Assembly: GCA_023511675.1 (NCBI GenBank)
Contig: JAIMBC010000002.1
Location: 1 to 57,099, forward strand
Source of the DNA: Pirellulales bacterium
GTDB lineage: Bacteria > Planctomycetota > Planctomycetia > Pirellulales > JAIMBC01
Direction: 5' to 3'
DNA: 57,099 nucleotides
In this document: one piece after another, positions 8,581-16,923 of the stretch
How the letters are laid out: each line of letters opens with the position of its first letter
How positions within the stretch are numbered: position 1 is the stretch's first letter
Made by a program: the position numbers and the translations under genes
Notes under the pieces: generated by a model
The model's input: the letters and a program-made list of their open reading frames with translations, nothing else
The model's database searches: none
Told to the model about the DNA's origin: nothing

Positions 8581-10026
8581 ATGTTGAATCTGCCCATCCT
8601 GCGCTGGGGCAAACCGTACGAGTCGATGGAGCTGGACGAGGTTCGCCACTTCCTCACCGGCGAGCCGATTGCCCGCGTCAGCCAGGCCAATGGCGGCCTG
8701 TTGCAGCGCGACATGCGTTTTGCGCCACGCGCCCGTCAAGTGCTGCGCGAGATCCCCATCGAAGACTTGATCGAACGCGTCAAGCGTGCGGCGGATCTGT
8801 ACCTCAACGGCACCCTCGCCATGGGAGACGGCCAGCAAAGCCCGCAGGACTTTGTGCGGGCTCAATCGGCCTCTACCGGGCTCCCCGAGCACATGTGCCG
8901 TGCCAACATGCAGAAGAACTACTTCGTGCTCACCAACATGGACCGCATGTTGGACGCGCTCACCCGCGGCCTGGACCTGCACATCCTCTCCCGTGGCTAC
9001 GGCATGGAGAGCCGGGGCGTGGTGGTCAGTTATCAGGCGCAAACGCCCGCGGTAGGGCTGGTGCTGCCTTCGAACTCCCCCGGCGTGCACACGCTCTGGC
9101 TGCCGGTAATTCCCATGCAGATCGGCCTGGTGCTCAAACCCGGCCCGCAAGAGCCCTGGACCCCCTACCGCATGGCCATGGCCTTCTTCGAAGCCGGCGT
9201 TCCCCGAGAAGCCATCAGCATCTATCCCGGCGGCGGCGACGTGGGCGCCGCCGTGCTGGCCGCCTGCAACCGCAGCATGATTTTCGGCGGCACGGCCACG
9301 GTGGAGCGGTACAAGGGGAACCCGCGCGTCCAGGCGCATGGGCCGGGATTCAGCAAGATCCTGCTGGGCGACGACGTGGTGGACGAGTGGGAACAATACC
9401 TGGACATGATGGTGGAGAGCGTGTTCATCAACAGCGGTCGGGGATGCATCAATTGCTCCGGCATTTGGGCGTCTCGCCACACGCGCGAGATTGCCCAGGC
9501 GCTGGCGGAGCGGCTCGGTCCTGTCGAGGCGTTGCCGCCCGACCATCCGCAAGCCGCACTGGCGGCCTTTACAGTACCCGGCGCCGCGCGCAGCATCTGG
9601 CAGGCCATCGAGGCGGATCTGCGCGAGCAGGGCGTCACGCACGTGACCGCCCCCTACGGCCCGCGCCTGGTGGAGCTGGAGCGCTGCGGCTATCTGCGGC
9701 CCGTGGTGATGCACTGCACGTCGCCAGAAGTCGCCATGGCGCACAAGGAGTATATGTTCCCCTTCGTCAGCGTGGTGGAGTGTCCGCAGGACCGAATGCT
9801 CGAGGCCATCGGGCCCACGCTGGTGTGTACGGCCATCACCAACGATCCCGAGTTCCAGCAAGCCCTCACCGACGCCACCCACATCGACCGCCTGAACATC
9901 GGCCCCATCCCCACCACCAAGCTCGACTGGATGCAGCCGCACGAGGGCAATATCGTGGAGTTTCTGTTCCGTGCCCGCGCGTACCAGATCGCTCCCGAGC
10001 GCATCCCAGCCTCCACGGCTCGCTAG
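8581..10026 (+). CDS. Aldehyde dehydrogenase superfamily protein (LuxC / acyl-CoA reductase-like)
   Basis: 481 aa. The catalytic-Cys region FINSGRGCINCSGIW resembles the ALDH F-x-N-x-G-Q-x-C motif. VLPSNSPGVH and PGGGDVGAAV segments are also present. It starts 29 nt after the adenylating enzyme gene. Confidence 0.75.
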   Translation: MLNLPILRWGKPYESMELDEVRHFLTGEPIARVSQANGGLLQRDMRFAPRARQVLREIPIEDLIERVKRAADLYLNGTLAMGDGQQSPQDFVRAQSASTGLPEHMCRANMQKNYFVLTNMDRMLDALTRGLDLHILSRGYGMESRGVVVSYQAQTPAVGLVLPSNSPGVHTLWLPVIPMQIGLVLKPGPQEPWTPYRMAMAFFEAGVPREAISIYPGGGDVGAAVLAACNRSMIFGGTATVERYKGNPRVQAHGPGFSKILLGDDVVDEWEQYLDMMVESVFINSGRGCINCSGIWASRHTREIAQALAERLGPVEALPPDHPQAALAAFTVPGAARSIWQAIEADLREQGVTHVTAPYGPRLVELERCGYLRPVVMHCTSPEVAMAHKEYMFPFVSVVECPQDRMLEAIGPTLVCTAITNDPEFQQALTDATHIDRLNIGPIPTTKLDWMQPHEGNIVEFLFRARAYQIAPERIPASTAR

Positions 10027-10080
10027 CCCCCACGCACGCCGCAAGCGGCTTCCCTTACCCTTTAACGCTCGAGGGCCTGG

Positions 10081-11229
10081 ATGAGAGCTTTCGACTATCA
10101 GCCTCGCACGCGAGTCGTCTTCGGCGCAGGCCGCCTCGAAGAGTTGGGCACCCTGGCACTGGAGTTCGCCCCCCGGCGGGCGCTGCTGGTGAGCGATCCC
10201 GGCGTGGTTGCTGCCGGCCATGCCGCACGCGGCGCGGAGGCCCTCGACCGTGCTGGCATCGAGGTCCATGTGTTCGATGCGGTGCACCAGAATCCCACCA
10301 CCCAGGACGTGGAGGCCGGTCTGGCCGTGGCCCGCAAGTGCCGCCCCGAATTGCTGGTGGGCCTGGGCGGCGGCAGCTCCATGGACTGCGCCAAGGGCAT
10401 CAACTTCCTCTACTGCTGCGGCGGCAGCATGCGAGACTACTGGGGCGTGGGTAAGGCCACCGCTCCCATGCTGCCCATGATTGCCGTGCCCACCACTGCC
10501 GGTACCGGCAGCGAGGCCCAGTCTTTTGCCCTGATCAGCGACGCTGAAACCCACGTGAAGATGGCGTGCGGAGACAAGCGCGCCGCCTGCCGCATTGCTC
10601 TGCTGGATCCCGAGCTGACCTTGACGCAGCCGCCGCGCGTCACGGCGCTGACGGGCATCGATGCCTTAAGCCACGCCCTGGAAACCTATGTGACCAGGCC
10701 GCGCAATGCCCTCTCGCAAACCTTCAGCCGCGAGGCCTGGCGGCTGCTGGCGCCCGCCTATCCGCGCGTGCTGGCCGAGCCGGCCGATCTCGAGGCCCGC
10801 GCCGCCATGCAGCTCGGCGCCTGCCTGGCGGGGATGGCCATCGAGAACAGCATGCTGGGTGCTGCCCACGCCCTGGCCAATCCACTCACCGCCGCTTACG
10901 ACGTGGTCCATGGCCAGGCTGTCGCCCTGATGCTGCCGCATGTGATTCTTTTCAACGGCCAGGAATGCTGGAGTTCGTACGCCGAGTTGCTCCCCTTGTT
11001 GCCGGCGCTGGCTACGGTTGACCCGCGTTCGGCCCCCGCCGTACTGGCCGAGCTGGTGGCCGACTACTGCCGCCGCGCCGGGCTGGCCGTGCGGCTCTCA
11101 GAATGCGGCGTGCAGCGCGAGCGTCTGCCCGAACTGGCGGCACAGGCCGCGCAGCAGTGGACGGCCGGCTTCAATCCACGTACGGTAACAGTAGAGGACT
11201 TGTTGGCCCTCTACGAACAAGCGTATTGA
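10081..11229 (+). CDS. Iron-containing (group III) alcohol dehydrogenase
   Basis: 382 aa with GLGGGSSMDCAKG (GGGSxxD), PTTAGTGSE, and metal-binding His segments (DALSHALETY, GAAHALANPL, HGQAVALMLPHV). Confidence 0.9.
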   Translation: MRAFDYQPRTRVVFGAGRLEELGTLALEFAPRRALLVSDPGVVAAGHAARGAEALDRAGIEVHVFDAVHQNPTTQDVEAGLAVARKCRPELLVGLGGGSSMDCAKGINFLYCCGGSMRDYWGVGKATAPMLPMIAVPTTAGTGSEAQSFALISDAETHVKMACGDKRAACRIALLDPELTLTQPPRVTALTGIDALSHALETYVTRPRNALSQTFSREAWRLLAPAYPRVLAEPADLEARAAMQLGACLAGMAIENSMLGAAHALANPLTAAYDVVHGQAVALMLPHVILFNGQECWSSYAELLPLLPALATVDPRSAPAVLAELVADYCRRAGLAVRLSECGVQRERLPELAAQAAQQWTAGFNPRTVTVEDLLALYEQAY

Positions 11230-11300
11230 GAGTGGGACGTGAACGCGGGAGCATCGTGCCCGCGGCAAGCGTGCCTGCCAACAGCAACACCGCTACCACC

Positions 11301-12578
11301 ATGATGCAAAGGTCGAGTGTGCGGAAGTCGGCCGCGTGGAAGTTGATCGTGAGCGGGCGGAGCGTGCGGCCATTGGCCTGCTGGCACGCGCGGCCGGCAG
11401 TGAGCAGGCCGCGCTGTGGCGCGGCGCCGGCTGCCAGCTTGCTGTGGCTTGCCGGCGTGGTGCTTTTCTTGGCACTGGGCCTGGAGACGACCGCCGCGGC
11501 GGAGCCCAAGGCTGCGCCCGAGTCCAGCCAGCGGGATGCGTGGCCCGTGTTTCGTGGAGACGCTGCCAGCACCGGCGTGGCGCGCAGCGAGCTTGCCGAA
11601 CTGCCTGAGTTGTTGTGGCAGCAGACCTTTGCGGACAGCGCCTTTGAGGCCACGGCGGCGATTGTCGACGGACGAGTGTACGCCCCCAGCTTGGACGGCA
11701 ACCTGTACGCCCTGAATCTGGCCACGGGCGAGGTGGTGTGGAAATACTTCGTGGAGCTGGGCTTCAAGAGCCCTGCCGCGGTCCGCGACGATCTGGTGTT
11801 CGTGGGCGACGTGGACGGCCGCGTGCATGCCGTGGAGATCGCCACCGGACACAAGCGCTGGTCCTTCGAGACGAACGCGGAGATCAACGCAGGGGCCAGC
11901 TTTTTTCAGGACAGCGTGTTGGTCGCCTCTCAAGACGGAGGACTGTACCGCCTGAAGATCGCCGACGGCAGCCAGGTGTGGAAGTACACGATCGACAACA
12001 TGCTGCAATGCTCGCCGAGCGTGGCGGGGGATCGGTGCTTTCTGGCCGGCTGCGACGGCAAGTTGCACATTGTCGATCTGCACACGGGTTCGGCCGTGGC
12101 CACGCTGGACATCCAGGACGCCACCAACGTGACTCCCGCCGTGCGCGGCGGGCGCGTCTACTTCGGCACGCAGGGCGCGCGGATGTTCGCCGTGGACTGG
12201 CGGGAACCGAAGGTGGTCTGGACCCATCGCACGGAGCGTGCCAGCCCGATCCAAAGCTCTCCAGCCGTGACGGAAAGCTTGGTCATCTTCGGCAGCCGAG
12301 ACCGCAGCCTGCATGCGCTCACTGCGAGCGACGGGAGCGAGGCCTGGACCTTCGCCACCCGTTCGCCCATCGACTCCTCTCCCGTGGTGGTCGGAGAACG
12401 CGTCTATTTCGGCGGAGGCGACGGCCGCATCTACGGCCTGAACTTGCGGACCGGCAGTGAAGAGTGGCGTTATGAGGCCGGCGGCCGGTTCCTGGCCTCC
12501 CCCGCCGTCGCCCAGCGCTGTCTGGTGATCGGCAACGATGCGGGGACCCTCTTCTGCTTTGGCGAGAGACAGCCATGA
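11301..12578 (+). CDS. PQQ-like / BamB-like beta-propeller repeat protein, secreted or membrane-anchored
   Basis: The protein-like part starts at MMQRSSVRKS (ATG 11301, within track ORF 11103..12578), followed by a hydrophobic anchor LLWLAGVVLFLALGL. Repeated 'G.lyA.d..tG...W' propeller blades follow (DGNLYALNLATGEVVWKY; DGRVHAVEIATGHKRWSF; DGGLYRLKIADGSQVWKY; DGRIYGLNLRTGSEEWRY). The exact start is uncertain. Confidence 0.8.
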   Translation: MMQRSSVRKSAAWKLIVSGRSVRPLACWHARPAVSRPRCGAAPAASLLWLAGVVLFLALGLETTAAAEPKAAPESSQRDAWPVFRGDAASTGVARSELAELPELLWQQTFADSAFEATAAIVDGRVYAPSLDGNLYALNLATGEVVWKYFVELGFKSPAAVRDDLVFVGDVDGRVHAVEIATGHKRWSFETNAEINAGASFFQDSVLVASQDGGLYRLKIADGSQVWKYTIDNMLQCSPSVAGDRCFLAGCDGKLHIVDLHTGSAVATLDIQDATNVTPAVRGGRVYFGTQGARMFAVDWREPKVVWTHRTERASPIQSSPAVTESLVIFGSRDRSLHALTASDGSEAWTFATRSPIDSSPVVVGERVYFGGGDGRIYGLNLRTGSEEWRYEAGGRFLASPAVAQRCLVIGNDAGTLFCFGERQP

Positions 12579-13879
12579 CCACCGAAGCCGTAAAAACCGA
12601 GGTGGGCAGCTACTTCATCGCCAACTATCCCCCCTTCTCGCTCTGGACGCGTGAGGGCCTGTCTCACGTGCGCGCTGCCATGCACGCTCCGCCGGCAGAC
12701 GTGCCGCTGGGCCTGTACCTGCACATACCCTTCTGCCGCAAGCGGTGCAAGTTCTGCTACTTTCGCGTCTACACGGATAAGAACTCCGCCGAGGTGGAAC
12801 GGTACGTAGCAGCACTGGCGCGCGAGATCGAGCTGGTCAGCCGTCTGCCCGTGATGGGCGGACGCCCTTTCCGCTTCGTCTATTTTGGCGGCGGCACTCC
12901 CAGCTTCCTCAGTGCCCGACAGTTGACCTCCCTGGTCGACCGCCTGAGGGCCAACATCAACTGGGACCATGCCGAAGAGGTGACGTTCGAGTGCGAGCCG
13001 GGGACGCTCTCCCAGCCCAAGCTCGCCACGCTTCGCGAGCTGGGCGTCACCCGGTTGAGCCTGGGAGTGGAGAACTTCAGCGACGCCGTGCTGAAAGAAA
13101 ACGGCCGCGCGCACCTCTCGGCAGAGATCTACCGGGCCTGGGAGTGGATCCACCGCCTCGATTTCCCCAGCGTGAACATCGACCTGATCGCCGGCATGGT
13201 GGGCGAAACCTGGGAGAACTGGCGCGACTGCATCCGGCGCACCCTGGTATTGCAGCCGGATAGCGTCACCATCTACCAGATGGAGCTGCCGTTCAACACG
13301 GTCTATTCCCGCGAAGTGTTGGGCCGGCACGTGGAGATCCCTGTGGCGGACTGGCCCACCAAGCGTGCGTGGGTAGACTACGCTTTCGACGAGCTGCTGG
13401 CCGCGGGGTATCACATTTCCAGCGGCTACACGCTGGTCCGAGATCCGCAGCGCGTCCACTTTCGCTACCGGGATCACCTCTGGCATGGCAGCGACCTGCT
13501 GGCCACGGGCGTGGCCAGCTTCTGTCATGTTTCCGGCGTACACTACCAGAACCTCACAGAGTGGGGACCCTACCTGGAAAGTCTGGAACAGGGAGAGCTG
13601 CCCTGGTATCGCGGCATGCGGCCCACCCCCCACCAGCTCCTTGTACGCGAGCTGATCTTGCAGCTCAAGACAGGACGCATCGAGCCGCCTTATTTCCGGG
13701 CCAAATTCGGCGTGGACGTGCTCCAGGAATGGTCCGACGTCTGGCAGCGATACCAAGACCAGCACCTGCTCGCCGTCTCGCCCAGCGAGGTGGTGCTCTC
13801 GCGTGCCGGACTGCTGCGCGTCGATGCCCTGCTCCCCGCCTTCTTCGAACCTGAGCACCAGGGAGTGCGCTACACATGA
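12575..13879 (+). CDS. Radical SAM enzyme of the HemN/HemW (oxygen-independent coproporphyrinogen oxidase-like) family
   Basis: 434 aa with LYLHIPFCRKRCKFCYF (CxxxCxxC), VYFGGGTPSFL and a HemN_C-like tail. Its ATG overlaps the upstream stop (ATGA at 12575..12578). Confidence 0.9.
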   Translation: MTTEAVKTEVGSYFIANYPPFSLWTREGLSHVRAAMHAPPADVPLGLYLHIPFCRKRCKFCYFRVYTDKNSAEVERYVAALAREIELVSRLPVMGGRPFRFVYFGGGTPSFLSARQLTSLVDRLRANINWDHAEEVTFECEPGTLSQPKLATLRELGVTRLSLGVENFSDAVLKENGRAHLSAEIYRAWEWIHRLDFPSVNIDLIAGMVGETWENWRDCIRRTLVLQPDSVTIYQMELPFNTVYSREVLGRHVEIPVADWPTKRAWVDYAFDELLAAGYHISSGYTLVRDPQRVHFRYRDHLWHGSDLLATGVASFCHVSGVHYQNLTEWGPYLESLEQGELPWYRGMRPTPHQLLVRELILQLKTGRIEPPYFRAKFGVDVLQEWSDVWQRYQDQHLLAVSPSEVVLSRAGLLRVDALLPAFFEPEHQGVRYT

Positions 13880-14334
13880 GCGACGGCCTGGTCTTCTACA
13901 TGGGCCAGTTCGCCGCGCACATCCCCCTCGACCGCCGCTATGCACGCAACCATATGTGGGCCCTGCACGTCGAACGGGGCTGGCGGTTCGGCTTCACTGC
14001 CTATGCCGTCCGGCTGCTGCAAGACGTTTATTTTCTTGAATGGACCGTGGATCCCGGTACAACATTACAAGAACGCCAGAGCATCGGCGCCATCGAGAGT
14101 TCCAAGGCCGAAAGTGAGCTGTTCGCACCGATCGCCGGTACCCTGCTGCATTTCAACCAGCAACTGCTCAGCGATCCCTCCGGCATCAATGTGGATCCGT
14201 ATGGCGCCGGCTGGCTGTTCGAAATCTCGGGCGACGGCGCCGCCCTGTTGTCGCCCCCGGCTTACGTGGATCATCTTAAGGAGGCCTGGGCCATCGCCCA
14301 GCGAACGATCAAGGGCCAAATCAACGAAGACTGA
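13876..14334 (+). CDS. Glycine-cleavage H-protein-like lipoyl-carrier protein
   Basis: 152 aa with YARNHMW (compare Y-x-x-x-HEW), a lipoyl-lysine motif IESSKAESELFAPIAG and DPYGAGWLFEI. Its ATG overlaps the radical SAM stop (ATGA at 13876..13879). Confidence 0.85.
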   Translation: MSDGLVFYMGQFAAHIPLDRRYARNHMWALHVERGWRFGFTAYAVRLLQDVYFLEWTVDPGTTLQERQSIGAIESSKAESELFAPIAGTLLHFNQQLLSDPSGINVDPYGAGWLFEISGDGAALLSPPAYVDHLKEAWAIAQRTIKGQINED

Positions 14335-14356
14335 GCCCAGCTCGTGAGCAGTACCT

Positions 14357-15532
14357 ATGGCACGCAAACTGCATGTGGTCGTCTCCCAAGGCCAGAGCGC
14401 CCATCCCGCCAAACGCAAACTGGAAGAGGATCTGGTCGCCGCACTGTTGGGCGAACCGGGAATCGAGGTCACCGTCGTGCCCCACCTCTACGATCTCACC
14501 GCCGACGGCACCGGCATGCTCTGCCTGCAAAGCATCTCTGGAGACATGGTGGTGCTGAGCTGGCTCTACCCGCGCGCGGCACACTGGATTCTGGACCGCA
14601 ATCAGGTGCGCGGAAAGGTGGGCCGCTCCCTGCTGGAGCCCGGCGAGGAAGAGGATGAACAGCAGGACGGCGAACAAGACCCCGCCCAAGATGATCACGC
14701 GGCCCCACCGCCGCGGCGCGTCGCCGACGACCGACCCCTCCCCCCCCGCACCATCTGGTGCCTGGACCTGCGTGCCCGTGAGACAGCCGCCGATTTCCTC
14801 GCTGAGATCCGCCGGATCCAGCGCGAATGCTCCGTGGCAACTGTCGAGTTGACGCTGGCTCCCCCGCCCCAGGCCGCCAGCGCAAGCAATGGCCGTCTTC
14901 CCGCGGGCACGGGAAATGGCACCATCGCCCTGCCCGTGATCTTCGGCACCCCCACCGGCAACGGGGAGCGGGCGGCCCCTTTCCAACCGCCGGCTGTGGA
15001 ACCGACCAACGCGAGCAAAGACCGTATCGAACCGCCCCCTGGCCCCCCTTCGGCCGAAGCCGCACCGCTGCGCCGCGTGGAGGAGACCCCTGCGCGCCGG
15101 TGGTATCCCGTCATCGACTACAGCCGCTGCACCAACTGCATGCAATGCATCGACTTCTGCCTGTTTGGCGTCTACGGCGTGGATGCCGCACAAACCATCC
15201 TGGTCGAGCAGCCCGACAACTGCCGTAAAGGCTGCCCCGCGTGCAGCCGCGTTTGTCCCGAGAACGCGATCATCTTCCCCCAACACAAGACCCCGGCCAT
15301 TGCCGGCAGCCCCACCGGCGCCGCCGGCAGCCTCAAGATCGACCTCTCCAAGCTGTTTGGCGCCCCTGATGCCCTGGAGGTGGCCGTGCTGGAACGCGAC
15401 GTGGAACTGGTCGCTGCCGGCCGTCAGGCCGTCGGCATGACCGTGGGCATCCCCAAACGCCAGCAGCACAAGCAAGGCCCCAAGGACGACCTCGATCGGC
15501 TCATCGACCAGCTCGATGAGCTGAACCTGTAG
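14357..15532 (+). CDS. Ferredoxin-domain protein (2 x [4Fe-4S] motifs) with a conserved N-domain and a long acidic/Pro-rich linker
   Basis: 391 aa with CTNCMQCIDFC ... CRKGCPACSRVCPENAIIF. The central linker is low-complexity (EEEDEQQDGEQDPAQDD..PPP). It starts 22 nt after the GcvH-like gene. Confidence 0.8.
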   Translation: MARKLHVVVSQGQSAHPAKRKLEEDLVAALLGEPGIEVTVVPHLYDLTADGTGMLCLQSISGDMVVLSWLYPRAAHWILDRNQVRGKVGRSLLEPGEEEDEQQDGEQDPAQDDHAAPPPRRVADDRPLPPRTIWCLDLRARETAADFLAEIRRIQRECSVATVELTLAPPPQAASASNGRLPAGTGNGTIALPVIFGTPTGNGERAAPFQPPAVEPTNASKDRIEPPPGPPSAEAAPLRRVEETPARRWYPVIDYSRCTNCMQCIDFCLFGVYGVDAAQTILVEQPDNCRKGCPACSRVCPENAIIFPQHKTPAIAGSPTGAAGSLKIDLSKLFGAPDALEVAVLERDVELVAAGRQAVGMTVGIPKRQQHKQGPKDDLDRLIDQLDELNL

Positions 15533-15537
15533 TTGGC

Positions 15538-15564
15538 CCGGCACGCCGCAAGGCGCCGTGCCGG
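15538..15564 (+). terminator. GC-rich stem-loop with a GCAA tetraloop immediately after the ferredoxin-domain gene (no U-tract)
   Basis: The sequence is ccggcacgcc-gcaa-ggcg(ccg)tgccgg. It forms 4 + 6 bp with a 3-nt bulge and starts 6 nt after the stop at 15532. Confidence 0.3.
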
Positions 15565-15856
15565 CCTCCGTCCACCGACCAGCGCAGCCGATGCCCGACA
15601 GGCAGCCCATGTTGCCCGAGGCTGCACTGTGCTCGTCTGGCCGCCCTCCTGCCATCGCTGACAGCAGGCTCCCCTTGACGGTACCTGGGCCGCAATCGGC
15701 CGCCTTTGCACGGCATTCGGCAAACGATGCCGGTTGCCGCGGCGCCGTAGCGGCGGCCCGCCAGCCGCTTGCCGCGAAGCAACAGCAAGCGGAACTGTTT
15801 GTGTGATCGGGACTTACGACCCCTATCTCGGGAAGCAGGCCCATCAAGTGCAGCGA

Positions 15857-15872
15857 TGGCACGCCGCTTGCT
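15857..15872 (+). promoter_or_regulatory. sigma54 (RpoN) -24/-12 promoter: TGGCACG-CCGC-TTGCT
   Basis: This is an exact match to the consensus TGGCACG-N4-TTGCW. GG is at 15858-59 and GC at 15870-71, which is the correct 12-nt register. It ends 50 nt upstream of the flgF ATG (15922). Confidence 0.6.
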
Positions 15873-15921
15873 AGTTACACCGCACACGTCCATCTCACGA
15901 GGCACATGGGCAGCAGCACAG

Positions 15922-16677
15922 ATGCCGTACGGGTTGTACATCTCCGCCGAGGGCGCACTGGTGCAATCGCAACGCATGGAGGCGATTGCCAACAATCTGG
16001 CCAATGTCGATGCCGCCGGCTTCAAGCGCGATCTGGCCGTGTTTCAGGCTCGCTATGCCGAGGCAGAGCTGCAAGGCAAAGCACCCAGCGATGAACGCCT
16101 CGAAAACCTCGGAGGCGGCGTGTCCCTCTATGGCACCCTCACCGACTACAGTTCCGGCCCGATCAAAGAAACCGGTCTGCCCACCGACGTCGCCATCCTA
16201 GGCGATGGCTTCTTCATGGTGGAAAAGCAGGGCCGCAAGTACCTGACCCGCGCAGGAAACTTCATGCTGGCCAGCAATGGGGCTCTGGTCACGCAGCAGG
16301 GATACTCCGTGCTGGACGATGCGGGCAATCCCGTGGTGATCGACCCGGCCGCGGGTCCCTGGAGCATTACCTCCAGCGGCACGTTGATCCAGCAAGACAC
16401 GCTCATCAACCTGGCCCTGGTGCGGCCGCCGGCGCTCGACGGCCTGATCAAGCAGGGAGAAAACCTGTTTGCCCTGCCGCCGGGAGTGGTTCCGCTGCCG
16501 CTGGATCCCGCAGAGCGGCGCGTCGCCGCCGGGCACCTCGAGCAGTCAGGCGTGCGGGCCGTGCAGGAGATGACCGAGATGATTGAAACCTCACGGGCCT
16601 TCGAGGCCAACGTGAACATGCTCCGGTTGCAAGACCAGGCACTGGCCGGGCTGATCCATCGGGTCCTGCGTGCCTGA
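15922..16677 (+). CDS. flgF: Flagellar basal-body rod protein FlgF
   Basis: The protein-like part starts at MPYGLYISAEGALVQSQRMEAIANNLANVDAAGFKR (ATG 15922 in track ORF 15769..16677). It has the rod-protein N-terminal ANNLANV motif and the C-terminal GHLEQSGVRAVQEMTEMIETSRAFEAN motif. It is about 251 aa and lies directly upstream of flgG. Confidence 0.85.
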   Translation: MPYGLYISAEGALVQSQRMEAIANNLANVDAAGFKRDLAVFQARYAEAELQGKAPSDERLENLGGGVSLYGTLTDYSSGPIKETGLPTDVAILGDGFFMVEKQGRKYLTRAGNFMLASNGALVTQQGYSVLDDAGNPVVIDPAAGPWSITSSGTLIQQDTLINLALVRPPALDGLIKQGENLFALPPGVVPLPLDPAERRVAAGHLEQSGVRAVQEMTEMIETSRAFEANVNMLRLQDQALAGLIHRVLRA

Positions 16678-16923
16678 TCACGGCGCCCGCCAGCAAACGA
16701 GAACCAGGCGGCACGTGAGGCAACGCACGCGGGGAGCAGACAGGCCAAAGGCAATGGATCGCATTGTAGAGCACACAGTGGGCGCGGCATGTCCTCAGCA
16801 CAGTGCGTGTCTCGTGCGTAAGCCGCCAAACCATCACATCCGCGCAGCGCAGGTCCAATCTCGGTCACACAAAGGGCGCAAGATGCCCCACGGTACAGAC
16901 CACAGCAGGCAAGGAGCGATCGT

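Noticed and set aside
8548-10554. 668-aa ORF on the minus strand
   Set aside because: It is antisense to the ALDH-like and Fe-ADH genes. Composition is dominated by Gly/Ala/His/Arg, with no motifs, so I treat it as a shadow ORF. The same reasoning applies to 12470..13945 (-), 14321..15862 (-), 20106..21323 (-), 34791..36032 (+), 37284..38600 (-), 39634..40971 (-), 45778..46617 (+), 46679..48028 (-) and 48143..50062 (-).
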